Shown here piece by piece: positions 1-9,205 of a stretch of DNA of 64,000 bases. Numbering within the stretch: the stretch's first letter is position 1; every line of letters starts with the position of its first letter. The translations under genes and the position numbers were made by a program. Origin of the DNA: Bryobacterales bacterium (GTDB lineage Bacteria; Acidobacteriota; Terriglobia; Bryobacterales; Bryobacteraceae); contig CAWELS010000050.1 in the NCBI GenBank assembly GCA_963809945.1, forward strand, positions 54,471 through 118,470. The letters run 5' to 3'. The notes under the pieces are model-generated. The model did not search any database, was not told the DNA's origin, and was given only the letters and a program-made list of their open reading frames with translations.

Positions 1-2009
1 TTGGTTCGAATCGCCGCGTCGCCGGCGGCGTTGGCGGCATGCGCCATCGCGATGCTGGCAGCGCCCAGAACATTTGTGCCCGATGTCACGTTCACCGGCT
101 CGAGCCTGAGTGACTGGCATACGGTGGGACAAGCGAATTGGAAGGCAGAGAACGGTGAGATCGTCGGCACGCCGACCTCCGCGGAGGGGGGCTGGCTGGT
201 GCTCAATGAGCCCTTCCAGGATCTCGGATCGTCGCGGACTTTCGCTGCACGGGGGGCTGCAAAACGGCGGTCCTGGTGCGTGCCGAGAAGACCCGTGACG
301 GCGGGATGAAAGGGGTCCTGGTCTCGCTCGAAGAGGGCGATCTGACCGGCGTACAGCGTGGTCCTGGACGCCCAGGGCAAAGGAGATCAGCCGGGAGAAG
401 TTGAAGGAGGGGCCTACGGAGCGGTCCGACCCGGTGACCTACATGTATGATCCCATCAACAACCGTACGCGCCAACTGACGGACAACCAAGGGGATCGGG
501 GCAGAGCGGCGCGCTTCCGGGCGAGATGACGCGGGCGGCGCCTCCGGGCGTGGAGGAGGCGCTGGGCGGCGAGGTGGTGCGCGCCCGTCCGCACGGCTCG
601 GTGCATCCGGGGGAGTGGAATCAGCTCGAGATCATCATGGATGCGCAGGCGCCGGAGATGCTGCTGAACGAGGGCGCGGTGAATCTGGGGGGCGTCACGT
701 CGTTCGCCGGATATGGTCCGTTCGCGCTCTATGTGGGCGGTAGCGGCGAGGTGCGGTTCCGGGACCTTGGATACAAGGATCTGAACCGGTTCGTCTATCC
801 CGAAAGAAGAGGTTTCCAGCCGCTTCCATATGCAGCGCCTGCGGGAGTTCTTCATGGCGTGGTCGGCGGCGGTGGCGGATGTTGACCGTGATGGCGTCAA
901 CGATATCGTCAGCGGCGCCTACGTCTATTACGGTCCGGACTACACGGTCTCGCGCGAGATCTACATCGCGGAGAGCTACGACGTCCACAAGCAGTATCCG
1001 CGCGCCTGCGCCGTCAACTTCGCCTACGACTTCACCGGCGACGGCTGGCCGGACGAGTGGTGCGCGACCGGCAACAACGGAATGGGGCCCGGGCGTGCTG
1101 TTTGTGAATCCGCAAGGGGAACGGCGCCGGTGGGATCGCTATGAAGTGACGCCGGATGTCTGGATCGAAGAGACGGGGCTGAAGGACGTCGATGGCGACG
1201 GGAAGGCCGAACTGATCATGGGCGTTCCGGGAGGAACCATCGTACTGGCGCGACCCGACCCGGCCAATCCGACGAAGCCGTGGAACCTCACGCCGATCTC
1301 CGAGCCCGGGCCGTGGGCGGCGAACAACTCGCACGGACTGGGCGTGGGCGACCTGAACGGCGACGGCCACATGGACGTCCTGACCGCCTGGGGCTGGTGG
1401 GAGCAGCCGGCCAACTGGGACGGGCAGCGCTTTGGAAGTATCATCCGGTGGCGTTCGGCCGGCGGGGACGGTCGCAGGGCGCGGCCGGCGGCGCCGAGAT
1501 GGGCATCTATGACGTGAACGGCGACGGGCTCAACGATGTGGTGACGTCGCTCGAGGCGCACGGCGTGGGGGCTGGCGTGGTTCGAGCAGAAGAAGGGATC
1601 CGACGGGGAACCGACGTTTGTCCGGCACATGATCATGGACAACTTCCAGACGAAGAACGCCGGCGGGGTGACGTTCACGGAGCTGCACGGTTCCACGGCG
1701 GCGGACATGACAGGCGACGGGATGCCGGACTTCATCGTCGGCAAGCGCTACATGTCGCACTTCGGCTACCACGATCCCGATCCGTTCGGAGCGCCGGTGC
1801 TGTACATCTACCGGACAGTCCGCAACCCGGACGCGCCGGGCGGGGCGGAGTTTGTTCCGGAGCTGGTGCACAACCGGTCCGGGGTGGGGTCGCATATCGT
1901 GGCCGAGGATATTAACAAGGACGGGGCGATGGACATCGTGACGTCGTCGACGCACGGGACTTACATCTTTTGGGGGACGAAGCCGGAGGTGAGCCGGGCG
2001 GCGCGGTGA
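1..2009 (+). pseudogene. Secreted DUF1080 (3-keto-disaccharide hydrolase-like) + FG-GAP/VCBS repeat protein; reading frame broken several times (or assembly indels)
   Basis: Signal-like N-terminus (AALAACAIAMLAAP). DUF1080-like segments: FTGSSLSDWHTVGQANWKAENGEIVG, GEWNQLEIIMDA, VRFRDLGYKDL. FG-GAP-type repeats: DVDRDGVNDIVSG, DFTGDGWPDEW, DVDGDGKAELIMG, DLNGDGHMDVL, DVNGDGLNDVV, DMTGDGMPDFIVG, DINKDGAMDIV. These are spread over ORFs 1-309, 526-885, 830-1144, 879-1517, 1280-1915 and 1629-2009 in all three + frames. Confidence 0.6.
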
Positions 2010-2024
2010 TGGGGTGCGGGGGAT

Positions 2025-2080
2025 GGGCGGGCTGAAGCCCAGTGCAAGCTCATCTGAGACCCCACTGCGTGTCAATGGGA
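2025..2080. repeat. Short dispersed repeat, family B copy 1 (core CGGGCTGAAGCCC..GCAAGCT..CTG..CCCCAC)
   Basis: Aligns by eye with 33077-33121. Both copies start 16-35 nt after the stop codon of a + strand gene. Confidence 0.6.
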
Positions 2081-2103
2081 TACGGCGGACTGGGTAAGTC
2101 GTA

Positions 2104-2235
2104 TTCGAAGGTCCCGTTGCGGGGCGGGTGGCGACAGTCGAAGAGGTCGAACTCGAAGGACCCGTTGCGGGGGACACTGCTGCGGGAAGGTGTAGGGTGG
2201 GATGCGTAAGACAGAGGAGCCCGCAATGTCCCCGG
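2104..2235. repeat. Dispersed ~100-130 bp repeat, family A copy 1 (inverted relative to copy 2 at 52241-52343)
   Basis: The reverse complement of 2140-2235 aligns with 52241-52325 (CCGGGGACATTGCGGGCTCC..CGCATCC(C)ACCCT..TCCCGCAGCAGTGTC(C/T)CCCG(C/T)AACGGGTCCT). Internal direct duplication of TCGAAGG(T/A)CCCGTTGCGGGG at 2105-2124 and 2153-2173. Confidence 0.8.
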
Positions 2236-2517
2236 AGAGGCGATGGCGGGGGTCGGAGAGGAGGATCATCGCCGCAGTCGTTCAACCGCGTGACCGCGGC
2301 GCCGGTGGTTCTACCTGTTACCAGCGGCGGGAACTTCGCGCGGACGGCCGGGTTCGCGGTGCCGCTGGCGGGCGCCGGAACAAAGACGACGGGCGTGGTC
2401 CGGTGTGATCAGCCCGGGGCGCTCGATCTGGCCGCGCGCGGTGGGAAGAGACTGGAGAGTGTCCCCGATGAAGTCATGGATGAGGTGCTGGCGAAGCTGA
2501 CGCCGATATTTGAGTGA
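2236..2517 (+). pseudogene. Degenerate MazF/ChpB(PemK)-family toxin remnant
   Basis: The C-terminal 80 aa of ORF 2128-2517 (FNRVTAAPVVLPVTSGGNFARTAGFAVPLAG..GVVRCDQPGALDLAARGGKRLESVPDEVMDEVLAKLTPIFE) match, from memory, the E. coli ChpB pattern ITQGGNFARYAGFSVPL...NQVRMMDLHAR..KRIG...DEVVEEAL. The N-terminal third is shortened and in another frame (MSPERRWRGSERRIIAAVVQ from ATG 2226). No antitoxin gene lies upstream; that space is occupied by repeat A. Confidence 0.45.
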
Positions 2518-2555
2518 GGGCTGGCCGCACTGCGGTTGGCGGGTTCGGGAGGCAA

Positions 2556-2601
2556 GCGTTCACATGAGTGTGAACGCGGCGCGCAGGAGTGCGCACGCCA
2601 C
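2556..2601. repeat. Perfect 9-bp-stem palindrome GCGTTCACA-TGAG-TGTGAACGC followed by GTGCGCACGCCAC (family F copy 1)
   Basis: Palindrome at 2556-2577 and 13-mer at 2589-2601. A related unit lies inverted at 63974-64000 (GTGGCGTGCGCAC + TCACACGAGTGTGA). Confidence 0.45.
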
Positions 2602-2625
2602 GCGCTGGCGGCTGCGGCTTTCGTG

Positions 2626-2659
2626 TTTTGGACGGTCCGCGGTGGGCCATGGGGACTCC
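2626..2659. repeat. Short dispersed repeat, family E copy 1 (TTTTGGAYGGYCCG....GGGCCATGGGGACTCC)
   Basis: 28 of 34 positions are identical to 43555-43588 by hand alignment, including a shared 16-mer GGGCCATGGGGACTCC. Confidence 0.65.
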
Positions 2660-2691
2660 GGTCATTGTTCGGCCAGATAGGACAACGCGCT

Positions 2692-2976
2692 ATGATCGCG
2701 AGTATGGAACCGTTGCGTATCAACGAGAGCGACTTGACCCGGGATATCCAGGCGGTTCTCAGACGCGTTGAGACCGGAGGCGAAGTCATCATCGAGCGTG
2801 ATGCACGTCCGCTGGCTGTGATTCGCCCAGCGGAACCGGAGCGACGGAAGATATCCGAATGTATCTCGCGGATGCCGACTGAGTTGACCGCCACTATCGA
2901 TGCCGACTTCTCCAAGGATGTGGAAGCGGCTATCGCGGCCCATCGAGAACCGTTGGAGCCACCGCCTTGGGACTGA
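2692..2976 (+). CDS. vapB: Type II antitoxin, Phd/YefM-like (VapB role)
   Basis: 94-aa product MIASMEPLRINESDLTRDIQAVLRRVETGGEVIIERDARPLAVIRP. The stop overlaps the downstream PIN gene start by 10 nt. The start may instead be the ATG at 2704. Confidence 0.7.
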   Translation: MIASMEPLRINESDLTRDIQAVLRRVETGGEVIIERDARPLAVIRPAEPERRKISECISRMPTELTATIDADFSKDVEAAIAAHREPLEPPPWD

Positions 2977-3380
2977 TTCTTGACTCCACCGCGGCAGTCG
3001 CCGCTGAGCGAGAGGGCAAGAACGCACGCCAACTTCTCGAAGGAGTGGCGCTTGAGACCGGTGACGATGGGATCGCCATTTCGGTGGTGACTGTGCTGGA
3101 GCTGGCTCATGGTATCAGCCGCGCCGATACACCGGAGCGCCGCGACCAGCGGCAGCACTTCCTAGACGACCTGCTGACCGGTGTTCCCATCCAACCGGTG
3201 ACGGTCTCGATCGCCCTCCGCGCCGGAAGGATCGACGGCGAGAGCCGAGCCGCGGGAATTCGCATTCCGCTATCGGATCTGCTGATCGGAGCGAGCGCTC
3301 TGGAACTTGGCTATGGGGTGGGAACCTCGAATCTCCGCCACTTTCGGCTGATCCCTGCACTAGACGTCATCCAGATCTAG
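2967..3380 (+). CDS. vapC: PIN-domain ribonuclease toxin VapC
   Basis: TTG start. LILDST (first PIN Asp), VLELAHG, SDLLIGASA and TSNLRHF motifs. 137 aa. Overlaps the antitoxin gene. Confidence 0.8.
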   Translation: MGLILDSTAAVAAEREGKNARQLLEGVALETGDDGIAISVVTVLELAHGISRADTPERRDQRQHFLDDLLTGVPIQPVTVSIALRAGRIDGESRAAGIRIPLSDLLIGASALELGYGVGTSNLRHFRLIPALDVIQI

Positions 3381-3442
3381 TGGTCTGCCGGCCGCGCCAC
3401 CTGAGGAACTCCAGAGGCAACATAGCGCCGCGCCTACGGAAC

Positions 3443-6400
3443 CTATGTCGACTCCACCGATCTCCGTCGGAGCAGGTAGTAGATTACCGGGGTCACCAGC
3501 AGCGAGAGGACCAATGAGACTGTCACGCCGCCGATGACGGCGATGGCTAGCGGTCGGAGTAACTGGGCGCCGGCGCCGATGCCGATGGCCAGGGGGAGCA
3601 TGCCGAGGATGGTGGCCAGCGCGGTCATCAGGATCGGGCGGAGGCGGCGGCGGCCGGCCTGGAAGATGGCGTCGCGCAACGGGACTCCCTGGGCGCTGAA
3701 ATGCTGCTCGGAATCGAGCATCAGGATGCCGTTTTTGTGGACGATGCCGACCACCATGATGGCGCCCATGAAGGACGAGATGTTCAGCGTCTGCCCGGTC
3801 AGCCAGAGAGCGAGCAACGCGCCGGAGCCGCACAACAAGGTGGCTACCAGGATCGCCACGGGGTGGGCGAAGGAGCGGAACTCGAACACGAGAATGATGA
3901 AGATCAGCAGGACCGAGCCGAGCAGCACCTGAGTCAGGCCGCTGAACGACTCCTGCTGAATTCGATAGAGGCCGCCGTATTCGATGTCGGTGCCGGCTGG
4001 AAGCTGGATCTCCCGCGGCAGGCGCGACTGGATCTCGTGGATCGTCGAGCCCAGGTCCCGGCCCGAGAGCTGCGCGGTAATGACCACCGCCTCTTTCAGG
4101 TTGTAGCGCAGGATCTCGCGCTGGCCCTGTTCCACTTCGGCGGTGGCGATGCTCGAAAGGGGTACCATCGCGCCGGTGGTCGGCGAGGTGATCTGCATGG
4201 ATTCCAGCGTGTTCACGCGGGAGCGGTAGGCCTCGGGGTAGCGCACGCGGATGCCGTAGAGGCGGTCGCCAACGATGGTCTCCGACGCCCGGACACCGTC
4301 GAGCATGGCCGCTTCGATTTCGGCGGCGTCGCGCACGGTAAAGCCGGCCCGCTGGGCCTTGACGGTGTCGACGCGGAAGTTGATCGCCGGGCCGATGACG
4401 ACGTTCTGGTTCATGACGTCGACCACGCCGGTGACCGAGGGTAGCCACTCCTCGATCTGGGAGGCGATCTGCATGGCGGTCTCCTGGTCGGGGTGGGAGA
4501 TCTTAATTTCGATTGGCTCGGGAGACCAGGCGAGGTCGCCGATCAGGTCTTCGAGGATGTGGGGGAACTCGACCTCGATGGCCGGTTCGCTCGAGACGAT
4601 ACGGGCGCGGATATCGTCGGTCACCTCGGAGAGCGAACGCCGCGGGAAGCCCTTGAGCTTGACCAGAAAGTCACCGGTGTTGGGCTCGGCGATGGCGAGC
4701 GCGAGGCGGGCGCCGGTGCGGCGGGAGTAGCTTTCCACTTCGGGAGTGGATCGCAGGATGTCTTCGACATGCATCAGGACGCGGTTGGTTTCCTCGAGCG
4801 AGGTGCCCGGCGGCATGACGTAGTCGAGCACGAAAGCGCCTTCATCGAGTTCGGGCAGGAAGCCGCTGCCGAGGTGGGTATAGAGAAGCACCGAACCGCC
4901 CACGATGAGAGCGACGGCCACGAGGACTTGCCGGGGATGATCCAGGACCCAGGCGAGCGCGACGCCATAGCGCGCGGTCAGCCAGCGGAGGAAGCGGCCT
5001 TCGCCGGCGGTCTCGGCGGCTTCGAGGCTTTCGGCGCGCACCGGAGCGGCGGTCCGCAACGCACGCTGCGCGAGGATTGGAGTGAAGAAGATGGCCAGGA
5101 CGAGCGATGCCAAAAGCGCGGTCACCATGGTCATCGCCAGCGCCCGGAAGAAGACGGCCGTGACACCGCCCAGAAAGATGAGCGGGGCGAAGACGACGAT
5201 CGGAGTGAGCGTGGAGCCGATCAAAGCCGGCGTCAGCTCGGTGATGGCGTTGCGCGCCGCCTCCATGGGCTTCTGCCCGAGCGACAGGTGGACGGTGATG
5301 TTCTCCACCATGACGATGGCGTCATCGATGACGACGCCGACGCAGGCCGCCAGTCCGCCGAGCGTCATCAGGTTGAAGCTCATCTTGAAGAGCTGCATGA
5401 AGACGATCGCGATGAGCAGCGAGACGGGAATGACGATGGTGGCGACCAGCGTAGTTCGCCAGTTCTTGAGAAAGCCCCACAGGACGAGAGCGGCCAGGAT
5501 GAGTCCGAGGAGGATGGCGTCGCGGACGCCGAAGATCGAGTCGCGGACGAGAACGGACTGGTCGTAGAAGGTGGCCAGGTGAACGCCGCCGGGCAGGGTC
5601 CGGCGAATCTGTTCGAGCTCCTGGTTGACGGCCTGGGCGATCGCGAGCGCGTTGCCATCCGGCTGTTGGAGCACGTTCACCAGCACGGCGGGGTGACCGT
5701 CGGCGGTCACGATGTTGTAAACGGGCCGTTCGCCGCGGACCACCTGGGCAATGTCGGCGATCCGCACCGGGCGTCCCGTTGATCACGGAGACGACGGTCT
5801 GCTCGATCTGCTCGCGCCCGCGCAGCAGGCCGCCGACCGTCGTCAGGTAGAGGTGGTAGTTCTCCTGGATCATGCCGGCGGCGGCGACGAGGTTGGTGTC
5901 CCGGATCGCTTGGGTCACCTTGGTGAGCGGCAGGCCGTAGTTGTTCAGCTTCTCGGGATCGACGACGATGTGGAACTCCGGTTCCCTGCCCCCGACGATG
6001 CGCGCCTCCATCACGCCGGGAATACGGTAGAGCCGCGGCGCGATGTCGTAGTAGGCCATCTCCCACAGCTCGGAAAGGCTGCGGTCGTCGGCGGTGAGGC
6101 TGAAGCCGATCATCGGGAAGACCGAGAACGTCAGCCGGTTGATATAGAAGCGCGACTCCGGCGGCAGGGTCGGGGTGATCTGAGCGATCTCTCCCTGGAC
6201 CAGTTCGAGCGCATCGACAATGTTGACGTCCCAGCGGAAGAAGACGCTGATCTCGGTGGAGCCGCGCGAGGTGACCGAGCGGATGTCGGTGACCCCTGGG
6301 ACCACTCGCACCGCCTCCTCGATCTGGCGAGTGACGGTGAGCATCTGCACGTCGACGGGGGCGATGCCGTTGTCGACGAGGATGACGACGCGCGGGAAGT

Positions 6401-6530
6401 CGGTCTGCGGGAACAGAGAGACCGGCAGGCGGAACGTGAAGGTGAGTCCGGCGACGGCGAGCGTCAGGATCACCAGGACGAGGGCGCGGGCATGCGTTTC
6501 GACGAACCCGGCAAGCGAGCTGGTCTTCAC
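3443..6530 (-). pseudogene. RND efflux permease (AcrB/CzcA-type), one frameshift near 5774
   Basis: The N-terminal 253 aa lie in ORF 5322-6650 (VKTSSLAGFVETHARALVLVILTLAVAGL...SVINGTP). The rest lies in ORF 3443-5767 (RIADIAQVVRGERPVYNIVTADGHP...). The GTG start at 6530 overlaps the MFP stop as GTGA. Removing one base in AACGGGACGCCCGGTG (minus strand) restores INGRPVRIADIAQ. Confidence 0.85.
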
Positions 6531-7774
6531 TGCGACGACTCCTGGCCGGCGGCGGCCGCGGTTACTACCTTGACTCCTTCGGCGAGGCCGTAGCCTCCCT
6601 CGGTCACCACGGTTTCGCCCGGTTGGAGGCCGTCGAGGATCTCCACCCAATCATCGGACACCGCACCGGTCACTACTTTCCGCTCATGCGCGGTGCTGTC
6701 GGGGCCGACGGTCCAGACCACGCCCTCCGCGGTGCCTTCGTCGAACTGCACGGCCGCGAGCGGGACCGTAACGGCCCCAGCGTGCGTGGCGGTCACCACC
6801 TCCAATTGCCCGAAGACACCGGCCTTCAGGCGAGCCGCCTGGTTGGGGATCTCACACCAGACCTCGACGGTGCGGCGGGCCGGGTCGACGGCCTGATTCA
6901 CTACGGTCACCTTGCCCTGGAGCGGCGGCCGGGAAGAATCGCCGGCGCCGAACCGGCATGACTGGCCGGTGCGCACGCCGGCCGCGGAGGAGGCCGGGAA
7001 CTGCCCGCGCGCGATGGCGGCCGAGAGGTCCATGACGGTGAAGATCGGCGAGTCGGGCCGGGCCATGTCGCCGGGATAGAGGAACTGTTCGGTGATGGTT
7101 CCGTCAACGGGGCTGCGGATCGCGGTGTAGCCGAGCTGCGTTTCGATGAGGGCGAGGCGGGCCTTGGCCTGATCGAGGCCGCTTTGGGCGATGCGGAGGT
7201 CCTGGGCGCGGGAACGGTTCTCGAGCAGATCGAGCGTCGTCTGCGCGACCCGGTGCGCGGTTTGGGCCTGATCGAACTGGGTTTTGCTGGTGAGCAGGTC
7301 ACGCTCCGGGATGGCGCCTTCGGCGAACAGCTTCTGGCGGCGCTCGTAGATGCTTTGCGCTTCGGCGAGCGCGGCGGCGGTGGTTTCCACCTGTCCCTGG
7401 GCGCGGGCCACGTCAACGGGAAGCGTGCCGGCGGTCACCTTCTCGAGGTTGGCCTCGGCGTTGGCGACCTGGGCGGCGGCTTCGGCGCGCTGCGACTCGA
7501 GGTCACGGCTCGAGAGGCGCGCCAGCACCTCGCGGCGCCGGACGGTGTCGCCCATGTGGGCCTCCAAGGTTTCGATGGGCGCCGTCAGCCGGGCGGCGAG
7601 CTGGGCCTGATTGCGTGGGTAGATGGTAGCCGGGGCGCTGACGGTAACCTGCATGTCGCGGCTATTGGCGGTGGCGGTGCGGACCTCCACCACGAGTTCC
7701 GTGGGCGGTTCTTCCGGTCCGGCGCAGCCGATCGAGAACAGCACGGGGATGAGGAGCGCGGCGAGGTATTTCAT
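6527..7774 (-). CDS. Efflux RND periplasmic adaptor (HlyD/MFP family) lipoprotein
   Basis: Lipobox-like N-terminus LFSIGCAG, long coiled-coil region, beta-barrel C-terminus. The ATG overlaps the TolC stop as ATGA. Confidence 0.85.
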   Translation of the reverse strand: MKYLAALLIPVLFSIGCAGPEEPPTELVVEVRTATANSRDMQVTVSAPATIYPRNQAQLAARLTAPIETLEAHMGDTVRRREVLARLSSRDLESQRAEAAAQVANAEANLEKVTAGTLPVDVARAQGQVETTAAALAEAQSIYERRQKLFAEGAIPERDLLTSKTQFDQAQTAHRVAQTTLDLLENRSRAQDLRIAQSGLDQAKARLALIETQLGYTAIRSPVDGTITEQFLYPGDMARPDSPIFTVMDLSAAIARGQFPASSAAGVRTGQSCRFGAGDSSRPPLQGKVTVVNQAVDPARRTVEVWCEIPNQAARLKAGVFGQLEVVTATHAGAVTVPLAAVQFDEGTAEGVVWTVGPDSTAHERKVVTGAVSDDWVEILDGLQPGETVVTEGGYGLAEGVKVVTAAAAGQESSQ

Positions 7775-9066
7775 TTTCCTGATGCCACCTCGAAGTCGAC
7801 CAGCGCGCGGAAATACGCGGCGAGGGTCGTGAAGAGAGAGGTCCCGGCGTCGGCGGCCTGGGTCTGCGCGGTGACGACGTCGAGGGCCAATCCCTCGCCG
7901 CCCTCATAGAGCAGGCGTGACAGGCGGAGGTTCTCGCGGCTTTCGGTGAGCTCGTCGCGGGCCAGGGGTATCTGTTCAAAGGAAGAGCGAACCGAGGCCG
8001 CGGCGGCCAGATACTCGCGCGAGAGGCTGCGCTCGGCCACCGCCAACTGTTCGTCAACCTGCTCGCGCCGATAGCGTGCCTGGCGCGCCGTGCTGCGGCG
8101 TTGCGACCAATCGAACAATGGCAGGTTGAGATTGACATAGGCGGCATAGCCGCGGTCGGCCATGCTGACGGCGTTCGCGTCGATGCCGTACTGAAAGACG
8201 ACGCTGGTCTGCGGTAGCAGGGAGGCCCGGGCGGCGGTCCGCTCGGCCCGATAGGTGCTGCGCAGGGCGTTGAGGCGGTCGAACTCGGGACGGTCCGCAA
8301 CGGCATCGGCGAGCGAGCCGGGCCGGTCCATCACATCGGCGGGCGGGGCCGGCGGGTGGTCGAGCACGTCCTGCAAGTCGAGCTCGCGGTCGGCGTCCGC
8401 CGTCCAGAAGGAAGCCAGGACCTGGTTGGCCAGGCGCGCGTTGAGACGGGCCTGACTGAGCCGTTGTTCAAAGCGTGCCCGCTGGGCGGCGGCCTTGTGC
8501 ACGTCGGCCATCGACGATTCGCCCTGCTGCTGGCGCGCCCGGATGAGCGTCTCGAACGAACGAGCTTCCTTGGTTGAATCTTCCTCCAGTTGGGCGATGC
8601 GGCGGGCCAGCAGCACGTCGTAGTACGCCGAGGCGACGGCTCTTCTCAAATCGCGCCGGGCGATGCGGAGGTCGGCGCCGGCCAGTTGGCGGTTGGCGCG
8701 GGCCAGGGCGAGTCCGGCGCGCAGGCGTCCAGAGAGGTCGACCTCCCAGGTGGAGTCCACCACGGAGAGGTATTCGCGAATGCCGTTGGCCGCGACGAAG
8801 CTGAACTGGTCGGGCCGGTGCGTGAGCGGGCTGTTGTAGACGACGCTGTTGTTGAGGGACACCTGGGGCAGCAGGGCGGAACGCGCGTTGGTTTGGCCCG
8901 CCCGGGCGATGGAAACATCTCGTTCAGCGACCCTGACCTGCGAGGGCGCGTCGAGCGCCAGGTTCACGCAGTCGTCCAAGGTGAGGGGCGTCGTCTGGGC
9001 CTGTGCGGCTCCCACTACCACGGCGAGGAACACGCAGGCAAAATGAATGTTTGTTGAAATCCCCAC
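7771..9066 (-). CDS. TolC-family outer membrane efflux protein
   Basis: GTG start at 9066 with GGAGGA 7 nt upstream. Signal peptide ACVFLAVVVGAAQAQ. Duplicated TolC-type repeats (LTLDDCVNLAL..., LLPQVSL, LLPQTSVVFQYG). Confidence 0.8.
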   Translation of the reverse strand: MGISTNIHFACVFLAVVVGAAQAQTTPLTLDDCVNLALDAPSQVRVAERDVSIARAGQTNARSALLPQVSLNNSVVYNSPLTHRPDQFSFVAANGIREYLSVVDSTWEVDLSGRLRAGLALARANRQLAGADLRIARRDLRRAVASAYYDVLLARRIAQLEEDSTKEARSFETLIRARQQQGESSMADVHKAAAQRARFEQRLSQARLNARLANQVLASFWTADADRELDLQDVLDHPPAPPADVMDRPGSLADAVADRPEFDRLNALRSTYRAERTAARASLLPQTSVVFQYGIDANAVSMADRGYAAYVNLNLPLFDWSQRRSTARQARYRREQVDEQLAVAERSLSREYLAAAASVRSSFEQIPLARDELTESRENLRLSRLLYEGGEGLALDVVTAQTQAADAGTSLFTTLAAYFRALVDFEVASGK

Positions 9067-9205
9067 TGATTGCTCCTCCAACAGCTTTACTCGCGCGCCG
9101 GGGGTGACGCAACGCAGGACGTCCGCACGGCAGAGGGCAGGCCCTATCCCGAAGAGACGGCGAATCCAGCCGCGGGATCTACTTTCAGGCATGAGAGACG
9201 GGATT

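Noticed and set aside
2556-2577. CRP/FNR-type site because of the TCACA and TGTGA half-sites
   Set aside because: The orientation is inverted (TCACA-N4-TGTGA instead of TGTGA-N6-TCACA) and the spacing is wrong. It fits better as a hairpin or repeat module.
2409-3158. 249-aa minus-strand ORF covering the vapBC locus
   Set aside because: It is antisense to two well-supported TA genes and to repeat modules, and it has no motifs.
5760-5780. Programmed ribosomal frameshifting at the RND break and at other breaks
   Set aside because: There is no slippery heptamer or downstream stimulatory structure at the sites I examined, and these families are not known to use recoding. The sheer number and clustering of shifts fit indels instead.
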